Shown: piece by piece, positions 25,779-38,750 of the stretch
How the letters are laid out: the number at the start of each line of letters is the position of its first letter
Numbering within the stretch: position 1 is the stretch's first letter
NCBI GenBank assembly: GCA_951406725.2
Contig: OX597814.1
Span: 115,320,001-115,384,000, forward strand
DNA: 64,000 nt
Reading direction: 5' to 3'
Source: Octopus vulgaris
Taxonomy: Eukaryota
The notes under the pieces: model-generated
Told to the model about the DNA's origin: nothing
Database searches by the model: none
Seen by the model: only the letters and a program-made list of their open reading frames with translations
Program-made: the position numbers and the translations under genes

Positions 25779-28504
25779 TTTACCTTTCATCATTTTGGTG
25801 TCGGTAAAATATACTCCAGTTGAGCACTAGTGTCGATTTAGTCGGCTTACCACCTCCCTCAAAATTGCTGGCCTTGAGCTAAAATCTGAAACCAATGTAG
25901 GCGTTCTCTACCTCTGTCCAATCCCTCAGGGATAGCTTCCTCATCCGTATTTTAGTGGCTGTTTTCAGCCTTTCGCAACACAGTTCGTAGTTGGCTTTTG
26001 AGGGAGATACTAAAACACTGTAGGCAATCTGATCAGCCACTCGTCCTGAATAGTCAAACGAAATACCGTTGTTGTTGCACATGTCTGCTCCAGATCAAGT
26101 AATACGCGCTCATCGTGGTCCGCCAAAGACCGAAATGTGTCCCACCTAATAGCTTTTGTTCTTTCCAGTCTTAGAACGCCTGCTTTAAAGTACGAAGGAG
26201 CTCTATCAATGTAGTTTTCATGCTTCGCATTGAAAATATGATCGAGGGTCAGTGTTGTATCAAGAACGTCAGTCTTAATGCCTTTTCTGAGTGCATCTTC
26301 AAGATCTGAAGTCTCATGTTTCAGAAATTCTGATTTCGGTGATAGCTACCACATCGGTTTCAATGACCTGAACCGGTGACATTACTTCCAGGTGGTGAGC
26401 TGGCAGAAACGTTAGCACGCCGGGCGACATGCTTAGCGATAATTCGTCTGTCTTTACGTTCTGAGTTCAAATTCCGCCGAGGTCGACTTTGCCTTTCATC
26501 CTTTAGGGGTCGATAAATTAAGTTACCAGTTGCGTACTGGGGTCGATCTAATTGACTGAACCCCTCCCCCCAAATTTCGGTCCTTGTGCCTAGTATATAC
26601 AAGCGTGTGTATCTGGCGTTGGTTGGCGGGAGAGACAATATATAGTTCTTGGAAAAGAAAAAGAGAAGGAAAAGAAAAAGAAAAGAAAAGAGAGGGAAAA
26701 TAGTTAAAATCACTCTTTTACTAACACTTATCGAGGAGAGACTGGAAGAGGTTATTGAAGCTTATATGTTGATTGATCCTAGGACTTAAACCTAAGGTTG
26801 ATGATAAATTTGTGAAGTCAATATGGCCATACTAATTTCATAAAGATTTCAAAATGCCGATTTTGTTTGTGTTAAATACTCTCTAGAGCTTATCTGTGGA
26901 ATGCAGTAGATAAGTTAAGTGCTAGATGATGCCTCGAATTTAATTAACCAATTAATTATATATATATGGGTCATGAAGTTGTAAATATGTATTTACATGT
27001 ATCCGTTTAAAACTGTACGTGTTTGAATGCATAAAACTTTGTGAGTTTGAATGAAAGATGCTTGTAACTTGCACCTCCAGAAGCTCGTGTCGATTATACT
27101 CTTCAAAAATGAAATTTCAAAATATTAAAGACTAGCTATTTTGACCCGTACTTCGCTCGAGTTTTGGTGGTGGTGTTGTCTCCTTTTCCCTTTCTTCTTT
27201 TGTTCGTCTTCTTTGCCTGGTTCTTTTTGCCTTCCTCTTTTTCCTTTTCTTTTTTTATTTTCTCTTCGTCTTTATCTTCTTTTTCTTCTTTCTCTTCTTC
27301 CATTCTTTCTTTTCTCTTTTTCCCATAATCCTCACCATGGCAACCAAACGATAGCCCCCGAGCGACTTGCAATCCTCCTCACACCATTGCCCACTCCATT
27401 TTACCCCCCAGTGTAAATTTTGGCACCAATCCGACCCCATCTACCGCCCCTTAAATCGCTGCCATCCCAAAATGAGACAAATAACCAAGAAATCAAACAG
27501 CTTTTTCGTATTTTAGCTTTATAGATATTGATTATGGGTGGTGTGTCCCTACTTTAGTGTAACCCTTATATTTTTTTATAGCGTCAAAACTACACGTTAT
27601 AAAAATTATAGAGAGAAGTAAATATTCTTCTCTACTCTAGGTACAAGGTCCGAATTTTTCTTTTTTGTGGGTGGGGCCACTGGTACTTAATTTATCGACC
27701 CCGAAAAGATGAAAGGCAAAGTCGACCTCGGCGGAATTTGAACTCAGAACGTAAAGACAGACGAAATGCCGCGTGAAGCATTTCACCCGGCGTGCTAACG
27801 TTTCTTATTTCTTTACTGCCCACAAGGGGCTACACACAGAGGGGACAAACAAGGACAGACAAACGGACTAAGTCGATTACATGGACCCAGTGCGTAAATG
27901 GTACTTATTTAATCGACCCTGAAAGGATGAAAGGTAAAGTCGACCTCGGCGGAATTTGAACTCAGAACGTAGCATCAGACGAAATACCTATTTCTTTACT
28001 ACCCACAAGGGGCTAAACACAGAGAGGACAAACAAGGACAGACAAACGGATTAAGTCGATTATATCGACCTCAGTGCGTAACTGGTACTTATTTAATCGA
28101 CCCCGAAAGGATGAAAGGCAAAGTCGACCCCGGCGAAATTTGAACTCAGAACGTAGCGGCAGACGAAATACCGCTGAGCATTTCGCCCGGCGTCCTAACA
28201 TTTCTGCCAGCTCGCTGATTCATCCAACTTCATACCATTGGTTTATTTGAGTTATTTCCCTTAGCTCGCTTCCTTTTAATTATGAGAAGGTTGTTGTTCT
28301 AGTTGTTTGGCCATAGGTCTGATCAACTAAGCCTATCATCAAATACGTTCCAGCTATGACCATCCAGTCATTTTTCAAATATATCTTATAACTATCGATG
28401 AGATTTGGCTGCAATTTCCTGCAAACAGGTTGACCACATAGAGACAGATTGTTGAAGAGTGTTGTGCAAAAAGAAAAAAAATGAGAGAGAAGAAAGAATT
28501 TCAC

Positions 28505-28640
28505 CTGATTCGGATTAGAAATAATCCCGGCTTCAAGCGGATCACATCGTTTTGTCTTGAAATAAGCAAAAGCTAGCAAGCCCTGAAAAATAGCTAACCC
28601 TGTCGTCAAAGCATAAAAAGGACCAGCCAGCATTAGCACC
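28505..28640 (-). CDS. SLC5 exon (136 nt, VLMLAGPFYALTTGLAIFQGLLAFAYFKTKRCDPLEAGIISNPNQ)
   Basis: CDPLxxGxIxxxxQ motif. ttttatag acceptor and gtgaaa donor. Lies inside ORF 28280..28708. Confidence 0.95.
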
Positions 28641-29460
28641 CTATAAAAAGGAACAAAAAATTTGGTTAAAATCTTTAAAAAGTTTTTCTTTTTTACACAC
28701 ACACACACACAAAGATGTATATATATATATAGTAAAAGAATAAAAGAATAAATAAATAAATATATATACAGAGAGAGAGAGTGAGAGAGAGAAAGCTTCT
28801 TCTAAGCAAACAACTTTAGACTTGCTTTTTAAAAGAAATCTACTAGTCCGTCTACGAGTGCTTGTGAATCGGTGATCGCGTCTACAAGTGATGGCGTGCG
28901 CGAGTCTAGGGTGAGGGAAAGTGATTCAGAAAACGATTATAATAACGATTATATATATATACTAGCAGTATCGCCCGGCGTTGCTCGGGTTTGTAAGGGA
29001 AATAACTATATAAGCATTTATAGAGAGTTACTTCCCTTATAGATGCCAATTCGGGCTTTCTTAGCCATTTCTGTTTTGGTGTCTTCAAGCCATGAAGTCG
29101 TTGTTCTAAAAGAACGCTGGTCTCCTTGACAACGCTTTACGATGTTGATTTCCTTACACTCCCTTCCCCACAGCGTCACGAGGGAGGGAAGAAGGGGGAG
29201 AAGCAAACAGGTGCAGGTGTGACCATGGACGCCAACTCCGCCGCGATCGACACACGAAAAATTATGCATTAAAATGGAATAAAAAAATTATGTTAAATTA
29301 TTTTTAAAATCGTAGACTCATCGTAGACGCGCGCTAATACTCAGACGGGCTCGATATGAATCACGACTATAAGATACCCGAATTTGGTTAAACTGCACCG
29401 CAAAATGTGGGAGTAGTTAGGAATCTAAATCGAAGGGGACAGACACTCACACAACTACAG

Positions 29461-29946
<486 letters not shown>

Positions 29947-30498
29947 AATTTTCTGAATAATATTGAGATTGAATCGGCAGTTTATATTTACTGCTGATAA
30001 GTTTGGCGCGAATACGTCAGTCTTGAAAATTTTAAGACAGATATTCCGGAGGCATCGATACAGACGCCTCGTGTATATTTGTCTCTCCCAGGTTTTTTAC
30101 AGAAACGATGCATCGTCTAAAAGATGAATTAGGGTAAATGTTTTTAAATTTTCACCTAATTTCTGAATTACTACTACTTGGCGGTGTGAGTTATGGCTGC
30201 TCTTTCAGGTGGACGAATGGCCTGTTAAGGTCACTCCTAAATTGTTATATTTATATATTTAGTCGTTGACTATTTTCTCTTTTCCACTAGGCCGCTGGTA
30301 GCGATAAATTTCTATTGAATTTTTTTGCTACCCTAAATTGACTAATTGATAATTTTCTGAATAATTCTGAGATTGAATCGGCAGTTTATATTTACTGCTG
30401 ATAAGTTTGGCGCGAATACGTCAGTCTTGAAAATTTTAAGACAGATATTCCGGAGGCATCGATACAGACGCCTCGTGTATATTTGTCTCTCCCAGGTT

Positions 30499-30596
30499 TT
30501 TTACTGATGAAGTGTAACCTATGGTAGATTAGCTTAATTTAATTTAATTAAGCTAATTTAATCATTAATGACACAAAAACGATGCATCGTCTAAAA
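30499..30596 (+). ncRNA. hammerhead motif of array unit 2, probably inactive (GAAA to AAAA, G12A)
   Basis: Reads ACACAAAAACGATGC where units 3-5 read ACACAGAAACGATGC. Confidence 0.65.
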
Positions 30597-30972
30597 GATG
30601 AATTAGGGTAAATGTTTTTAAATTTTCACCTAATTTCTGAATTACTACTACTTGGCGGTGTGAGTTATGGCTGCTCTTTCAGGTGGACGAATGGCCTGTT
30701 AAGGTCACTCCTAAATTGTTATATTTATATATTTAGTCGTTGACTATTTTCTCTTTTCCATTAGGCCGCTGGTAGCGATAAATTTCTATTGAATTTTTTT
30801 GCTACCCTCAATTGACTAATTGATAATTTTCTGAATAATTCTGAGATTGAATCGGCAGTTTATATTTACTGCTGATAAGTTTGGCGCGAATACGTCAGTC
30901 TTGAAAATTTTAAGACAGATATTCCGGAGGCATCGATACAGACGCCTCGTGTATATTTGTCTCTCCCAGGTT

Positions 30973-31070
30973 TTTTACTGATGAAGTGTAACCTATGGTA
31001 GATTAGCTTAATTTAATTTAATTAAGCTAATTTAATCATTAATGACACAGAAACGATGCATCGTCTAAAA
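30973..31070 (+). ncRNA. type I hammerhead ribozyme motif, array unit 3 (predicted cleavage GUC after 31065)
   Basis: UUUUA-CUGAUGA-a-GUGU..long stem II..ACAC-a-GAAA-CGAUGCAUCG-UC^UAAAA. Stem I is UUUUA/UAAAA and stem III is the palindrome ACGAUGCAUCGU. Confidence 0.75.
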
Positions 31071-31446
31071 GATGAATTAGGGTAAATGTTTTTAAATTTT
31101 CACCTAATTTCTGAATTACTACTACTTGGCGGTGTGAGTTATGGCTGCTCTTTCAGGTGGACGAATGGCCTGTTAAGGTCACTCCTAAATTGTTATATTT
31201 ATATATTTAGTCGTTGACTATTTTCTCTTTTCCACTAGGCCGCTGGTAGCGATAAATTTCTATTGAATTTTTTTGCTACCCTAAATTGACTAATTGATAA
31301 TTTTCTGAATAATTCTGAGATTGAATCGGCAGTTTATATTTACTGCTGATAAGTTTGGCGCGAATACGTCAGTCTTGAAAATTTTAAGACAGATATTCCG
31401 GAGGCATCGATACAGACGCCTCGTGTATATTTGTCTCTCCCAGGTT

Positions 31447-31544
31447 TTTTACTGATGAAGTGTAACCTATGGTAGATTAGCTTAATTTAATTTAATTAAG
31501 CTAATTTAATCATTAATGACACAGAAACGATGCATCGTCTAAAA
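31447..31544 (+). ncRNA. type I hammerhead ribozyme motif, array unit 4 (predicted cleavage after 31539)
   Basis: Identical motif to unit 3. Confidence 0.75.
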
Positions 31545-31923
31545 GATGAATTAGGGTAAATGTTTTTAAATTTTCACCTAATTTCTGAATTACTACTACT
31601 TGGCGGTGTGAGTTAGTTTGGCTGCTCTTTCAGGTGGACGAATGGCCTGTTAAGGTCACTCCTAAATTGTTATATTTATATATTTAGTCGTTGACTATTT
31701 TCTCTTTTCCATTAGGCCGCTGGTAGCGATAAATTTCTATTGAATTTTTTTGCTACCCTAAATTGACTAATTGATAATTTTCTGAATAATTCTGAGATTG
31801 AATCGGCAGTTTATATTTACTGCTGATAAGTTTGGCGCGAATACGTCAGTCTTGAAAATTTTAAGACAGATATTCCGGAGGCATCGATACAGACGCCTCG
31901 TGTATATTTGTCTCTCCCAGGTT

Positions 31924-32021
31924 TTTTACTGATGAAGTGTAACCTATGGTAGATTAGCTTAATTTAATTTAATTAAGCTAATTTAATCATTAATGACACA
32001 GAAACGATGCATCGTCTAAAA
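31924..32021 (+). ncRNA. type I hammerhead ribozyme motif, array unit 5 (predicted cleavage after 32016)
   Basis: Identical motif to unit 3. Confidence 0.75.
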
Positions 32022-32240
32022 GATGAATTAGGGTAAATGTTTTTAAATTTTCACCTAATTTCTGAATTACTACTACTTGGCGGTGTGAGTTATGGCTGCT
32101 CTTTCTGGTGGACGAATGGCCTGTTAAGGTCACTCCTAAATTGTTATATTTATATATTTAGTCGTTGACTATTTTCTCTTTTCCACTAGGCCGCTGGTAG
32201 CGATAAATTTCTATTGAATTTTTTTGCTACCCTAAATTGA

Positions 32241-32278
<38 letters not shown>

Positions 32279-32289
32279 TATATATATAG

Positions 32290-32336
<47 letters not shown>

Positions 32337-32658
32337 TGTATGTATGTGTGTGTGTGTGTGTGATGGATTCTCTCGTTGTGAACGTCAAATGGAGGGTTCA
32401 GTAAAATAAAGCGGTAATCATGTTCTATGGACACGAATGTGTCTCTTGGGCCCTACTGGTGCTTTGCAAACTTTTCGGCAAAGGGAACAAGTTAAGGACT
32501 CAGTTTGCTCGAGTACTTGTGGGTCACTTGCTCTATGTTTTCAAGAGTGGGCGGCAAAGCCTGCTTTGGTGCATGTGTGGAGGGTACATATGATACATGT
32601 GTGGAGAGGGTATAGTTTACGTGTTCAATCGAAAGGAAAAATTATCAACAAGTGAGGG

Positions 32659-33095
32659 TTTAGAGTAAAGATTTTTGCCAATATAACATGGCAATCCTGG
32701 TTTAGGACGAATGCTACTGTAATTTAGCCCCAGGAGACATCGTCTCCAGCTGGCTATACGACACGATGTAAGTCCTTATATTTTCGAACAAGGGAATCTA
32801 GCACCCCACTCAGCTCAAAACAATATCTGTGTATCGCGATTTCCGATACTGTTTTGAGCTGAGTTGGGGTGCTAGATTTCCTTGTTCGAAAATATAAGGA
32901 CACACATTGTGTCGTATAGCCAGCTGGAGACGATGCCTCCCGGGGCTAAATTACAGCAACATTTGTCCTAAACCAGGACTGCCGTGTTATGTTGGCAAAA
33001 ATCTTTACTCTAAATTACTATTTTAAAATCTTACATCGAGAGATATTCAGCAACATGCTGAATATCTCTCGATGTAAGATTTTAAAATAGTAATT
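32659..33095. repeat. two abutting palindromes (~170-bp arms; perfect 40-bp arms) bounded by a 12-bp direct repeat
   Basis: 32659-33014 and 33013-33095 are each self-complementary. AAGTGAGGGTTT occurs at 32650-32661 and 33101-33112. Confidence 0.9.
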
Positions 33096-33519
33096 TTCTA
33101 AAGTGAGGGTTTCTTTTTAATTTTACTGGTACTTACTACCTCCTTACCTTATTGCCCTAAGTTTCTCTCCTTACTTTGAATTAATAATAGAATACAGAAT
33201 TCATTTATTTGTCAGTTGATAGTACCTTACCATCTTTTTTAAAGTAAAAGGCCCATTAAGTAATGTGGATCTTACATTATCCCTTAAAAAGACAGGATGG
33301 ACATCGCGAGAACGCCCTTCATTATAACTATACTGAGTTAGTTCAGTCCTGATTTAATATATTATAATCAACACTGTTATGGAATTTATCTAGCATCGTA
33401 TTCTACACTTTCTTACTCCGAAGGCTTTGATTAAATTCTTTTACATTTTATGGGTTTTATGGAATAGGTTAATGACTTTAAAATGAATTTAAGAAAGAAA
33501 GATAAAAAAAAACTCTTAC

Positions 33520-33657
33520 CATGCAGCTGTTCTCGGTGTTTTAGCGACAGTAATTCTTTGAAATGATGACTGGTTAAATACAGTTCCAAATGCGTAAAGT
33601 ACGTAGCCAAACATCAAGTTGAAGACGGTATGACGTGTGAAGGGATCGAATCGAAAG
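33520..33657 (-). CDS. SLC5 exon (138 nt, FRFDPFTRHTVFNLMFGYVLYAFGTVFNQSSFQRITVAKTPRTAA-W)
   Basis: DPxxRHT and NQxxxQR motifs. ttaag acceptor and gtaaga donor. Lies inside ORF 33516..33962. Confidence 0.95.
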
Positions 33658-33812
33658 CTTAAGACACAGAAAATAGATTGGAAATGTAATGAAGATAGGT
33701 GTGAACACATAGGTGAACATATAGACACAAATCTGCTGCATAAGGTTTTAAGGCAAATATCTTGATATCTGGATACAGACAGATACATAGAAAGATAGAA
33801 AGAAAGAAAGAT

Positions 33813-33906
<94 letters not shown>

Positions 33907-34124
33907 TGATAGACAAACAGAGAAACAGACAGACAGACATACTGATAGTCAGACAGACACACAGACAGATAGACACAGAGAGAGAAAGAAAGATAGAGAG
34001 AGAGACAGACTGACAGACAGACAGATAGACAGGTAAGTAGGTAGATAGAGAGAGATAGAGATAGATGGATAGGTAGATAGGTAGATAGAGAGAGAGGGGA
34101 AGACAGATAGACAGATAGAGAGAG

Positions 34125-34156
<32 letters not shown>

Positions 34157-34243
34157 GGATGGATTGATAGATAGATAGATAGAGACAGACAGACGGATAG
34201 TCAGACAGACAGACGGATAGATAGATAGATTGAGAGAGAGATA

Positions 34244-34328
<85 letters not shown>

Positions 34329-34359
34329 CAGATAAAGTTTAATAATTCCGTATACCTAC

Positions 34360-34430
34360 TCCAAGTCTAGTCTTTGGGTTTCTCTTGAGATTTCCCAGAC
34401 ATCATTCAGGTTGCCTACTTCGTTGATTCC
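34360..34430 (-). CDS. SLC5 exon (71 nt, GINEVGNLNDVWEISRETQRLDL-D)
   Basis: ttttgaag acceptor and gtaggt donor. Phase 0 in and phase 2 out joins both neighbours in frame. Shows the GxxxVG...VW...RL pattern of SLC5A8-like proteins. Confidence 0.88.
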
Positions 34431-34714
34431 CTTCAAAATTTTAAATATAAAAGATGTTTCAAATCTTAAAACTGTTGTTAACCAAAATCGATTTGTTTAC
34501 ACAAACGTTGCAGTCAAAGTATGTGCACGTGCGTGTGTGTGCTTGCTTCTGTGTGTGAGTAAGTGTATGTATATGTATGTGGCTATATGGTAAGAAGCTT
34601 GCTTCCAAACCACATGGTTCCGGGTTCAGTCACACTGCGTGGCACCGTGGGCAAGTGTCTTCTACTATAGCCGTGGGCCAACCAAAGCCTTGTGAGTGGA
34701 TTTGATAGACAGAT

Positions 34715-36075
34715 TTGTGTGGTAATATGCACATGGAATGTTGCATCATTGCTCATGTGCATCATGTGCTCATGTTGCATCATTGCTCATGTGAACCCCT
34801 AAGTCACGCACCGACTTGAGGCATCAGGTGGGCGATATAGTGTGCATATCACTATATCAAGTTGCTTTAGATGTACTATGAGTGTGTCACACACTGAGTT
34901 CAGTTCGATAACAGGTTTAATGGTGTGACATTTTCTCAGACGTACATTTCAACTCCACCGTGACTTCTTTGTCTTCTGCCTGTACGGAAGATAGCATACA
35001 TTGGCATATGTATCACCGCATCATTTATGTCTGCAGATAGATGTATTACTGTAAGTGCAATGCATATTAGCTTGATTGCAAGCAGAAAGATTCCTCAGGT
35101 GCACAATTTTGCATTTGCTGTTGTTCCACAGCAGGCCTCTTATATTCATCAGTAGAAATGGTGTTGGTGTTGGTAGGATGGGTGGCTTGGTAGCAGTGGT
35201 GACCAAACGGGGTCTATCAATTGTGGCGGTCTTGTGTGCGAGGATACATAGTTCAGCTTTGTCTGTAGCCATGACAACCGTTGCACTATTTCCTGTGTCA
35301 CACTTTAAAAAATGTTCTTGCTCAACCGCTGCAGCTTGTACTGCATCTCCATATGACTTCTGTCTGACCGTTTTTCTGCAGGTTTGTGCTGGGATATACA
35401 TTCTTCTAAGTGTGATTGTTTCCTTCGTTGGGTGAGTGGTGGATTTTGCTCCGGCGTTGGGTGCGCAAAGCGGCAGTTTGTCCCACTCTCTCCATGCCTG
35501 CTGACACCGCTTTTGTGGAACTTGCAGATAAACCTTTTTCTCTGAGAGGGTCTGAAAACGCGGCGAGCTGGCAGAAACGTTAGCGCACCGGGCGAAATGC
35601 TTAGCGGTATTCCGTCTGCCGCTACGTTCTGAGTTCAAATTCCGCCGAAGTCGACTTGTTTTATAACCACTTTCACTTGGCTTTCGTCTGGTGTCTTCTT
35701 TTTCTACTTCTATATTACTGCTTTGGGATGTGTTGGGACTGTGATTGTTCGCACTTTTCTCGTTTTCTTCCTTGTTCAGCGATTTAACTTTCGCATCGAT
35801 GTTGCCACTGCTTTCTGTGTGAGGTTTCTCACAGGCAGTGTCATCATTTTTTTCGCCACTTTTGATAAAGATGTCCAGTTTCTCCGGGTGTGGCCGTATG
35901 AGCGCATAAGATCGGAGGAAACTCGTTCTTCTTCCGCTCTATTTGTGCCACTGGTCTGGAGAAACCATTGCTCTTCAGGGCAGCTGTAGTCAAATTATTT
36001 ATCAAATCGCCTTCTGCGATTTCCCAGGCACGTAAGAACAATCCTATCACTGTAGACTTCATGTTTCTTGTCATC
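34715..36075 (-). mobile_element. degenerate CR1/L2-like LINE 5' part (Cys-rich ORF1 + start of APE), interrupted by a SINE at ~35561-35657
   Basis: ORF 35021..35638 ends in FLLMNIRGL, typical of an APE N-terminus. Cys/His-rich frames lie upstream and DR...GV-like remnants downstream. Confidence 0.6.
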
Positions 36076-38696
36076 TTCCTTGTGGTGTGTGGTTGTAGTG
36101 GTGTGTGCAGTGAGTTTTCTAGTGCAATTATGGAGAGAGCAGAGGTGTGATGAGAGAATGCGTGGAGGGGAGTGCGATGTTGGGTGGATGAGGGGAAAAC
36201 AAGCTGGGGAGGGAAGAGACCAAAGGGGTGACGCAGAAGATGTGAGGGGATAAACAGGAAAATTGGGGAAGAGAGTAGATTGAGAGGGAAGCAGAGATGA
36301 GGGTAGGTATGAAGAGGAGAGGATGGGCAAGTAACGGTAGGGGATTGGGTTGTAGGTGTGAGTGGATGGAGAGTGGGAGTGAGAGAGAGGAAAAAGGATA
36401 CATATAATTGGAGAAAGTGAGACAGGGCGAAAGAGACTAGATACACATTTCCTTTAGTACAGAGAGGGAGGAGGAGGAGGAGGAGGAGGAGGAGGAGGAG
36501 GAGGAGGAATAGGAAGATGTATCACTAGTGTCTGAGTGAGATGTAAAAGTCTTTGACAAAAGAGCAAAGTGATGGGGAGAGAGAGAAATATATATATATA
36601 TATATGTGTGTATATATATATATATTATATATATATATGAGGAGGGAATGAGAGAGGGGGAGAGAGAGACTAGATACGCGTTGATTCTAGGATAGAGAGA
36701 GAGAGGAGTATGTATCGCTAGGGTTTCAGTGAGAGAGTAAGTCAGTAAATATATATGGAGAAAGTGAGAGAAGGGGGAGAGAGAGACAAGATACACATTG
36801 ATTCTAGTATAAAAGGAGAGTTGGGGATGAATCGTTTGTAAATGAGAGAAGTACATATATTTGTAAATAAGAGCAAAGTAACTGAGAGAAAAGAAAATGG
36901 AAGTTACATGAGATATATATATACCAGCGTGGTTTGGTTTATTTTTGTTTTGTAAGCTCCTCAAAGAAAACTGGATTATTCGAATACACACACACACATA
37001 TACATATACATGCATGTATGCATGTTTGTATATATGTGCGTGTATATACGTGTACATTCATGTGTGTGGGTGTGTGTGGGTGTATCTACATACATATATA
37101 AAATTACATATTTTTAATATATACTTCTTAAATTACCGTTGTTGTTTTGTTTGGTTGTTTTTTGCTTGTTTGTTGTTTGCTGTTGTTATGATTCTTTCAT
37201 CACTTTATCACGGGGAAACTGAACTTCTAATGCAACTAATGACTTGGGAATATATTAGAAGAATACACTTGAATGGTTTTTTTGGCTGCCAAATCTAATA
37301 CCAAAGAGGAATTTGAACACAGTTATTGATTCTTACGGAAAAGTAACAATTTTTCTGTAATTTGAGCCCACAACTAAATGGATTATATATATAGTGCATG
37401 TATCAAAAAATATAGAGTCCTTAGAATCTCGATAAGTTTCATTGACGTAAGTAGCGAAAAGTTTAACGCTTCGGAGTATCTTCTTTCATCAAAATAAAGT
37501 AAGACAGGTGTGCTGTTGCTCAGTTGACGACAACCTGGATTCGCTCTATTGAAGAGAAAGAACTTGGAATGCGCAATTTCCCCTCTTTTGGATTAACTGT
37601 TGCCGACACAGACTCTCATCAGTTTCATGTGGTCTTGGATTATGCCACATAGATTTAAATGGATTTGGTGATCTCTAAAGCAAATCTTGGAGGACAAACA
37701 CAGATACACAAACATATACATACATACATATATATATATATATATGACAGGCTTCTTTCAGTTTCCGTCTACTAAACCCACTAACAATCCTCTGGTCGGC
37801 CGGAGGCTATAGTAGAAGAGACTTGCCCAAGGTGCCACGGTGTGGGACTGAACCCGGAACCATGTGGCTGGTAAGCAAACTACTTACTACACAGCCACTC
37901 CTGCACCTTTGTATAGTTTGTCAGTTTTGGGGTTTGCTTTTCAGTTTTATAACAACATGACTGTGTGAGAGCAGCCTGTGTCAGTGTGGTGTCTAAGCCA
38001 CGAATCAGAACCCTTTTATTATTTATTCATATTTTCTATCTTTTTTTTTTTGCATTTAAAAGTTTTGTTAAGTTAATTGTAATCTAATAAAGCTTCATTA
38101 CAGAAAATTCTAATAATTATTTACGGGAAAATTTAATTACATTCTTTTCTAAAAATATGTAATTATATATTTTTAAGCAAGATATGAAAACACAAATTGA
38201 TTTTCTTTTTATTGTCAGTAAAATAAAGCAATACAATAAACAGAATAAATAGATGACCAACAAAAAAATATTTACAAGCTCGATCTAAGCTGGTACTCCC
38301 TCGGTTACGACGATGAGTGTTCCAGTGCAAGCAGAATTAACGTGCAAGTGGCTAAGCACGCCACATGACGTGCACCATTAGCGTAGTTCCCAAGGAGAGT
38401 CAATAATGAGCCTGGCCCTTTGAAATACGCTTACTACACTTACTACTCATTTTGACCAGCTGAATGAACTGGAGCAACAGGACACCACCGGGAATCGAAC
38501 TGATGATCTTACGATCGTGAGCCAAACACCCTACCCACTAAGCCACCACGCACCTTCACTGCCAAATCTAGACATCTTTGGGAAGGTAACACTTAGGGAT
38601 CACGATACATAGTTTACATTATTTACATTTGACGGATATTTGTCCTCATCTTGTTTGTTGCTAACACAACATTTCGGCTGATATAATCTCCAAATT

Positions 38697-38749
<53 letters not shown>

Positions 38750-38750
<1 letters not shown>

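Larger units (their letters stand above)
29947..32244 (+). repeat. tandem array of five ~474-bp non-coding units, each built around a type I hammerhead motif (retrozyme-like)
   Basis: Unit starts (AATTTTCTGAATAA) at 29947, 30351, 30825, 31299 and 31776 (spacings 404, 474, 474, 477). Only a handful of differences between copies, no ORF in the track, and (TA)n on both sides. Confidence 0.95.

Noticed and set aside
25470-25823. Recurrent ORF family RASFSFRLPNPLTRLWSARGYSRRHLPKVPRSGTEPGTMW as a multigene family
   Set aside because: It is the antisense translation of SINE family A.
29947-32244. CRISPR array or rDNA/5S repeat
   Set aside because: Units are identical end to end with no unique spacers, no cas genes and no rRNA similarity, in a eukaryotic context.
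35844-37057. Two ~200-aa minus-strand ORFs
   Set aside because: They are purine/pyrimidine-skewed low-complexity sequence with no recognisable domain.
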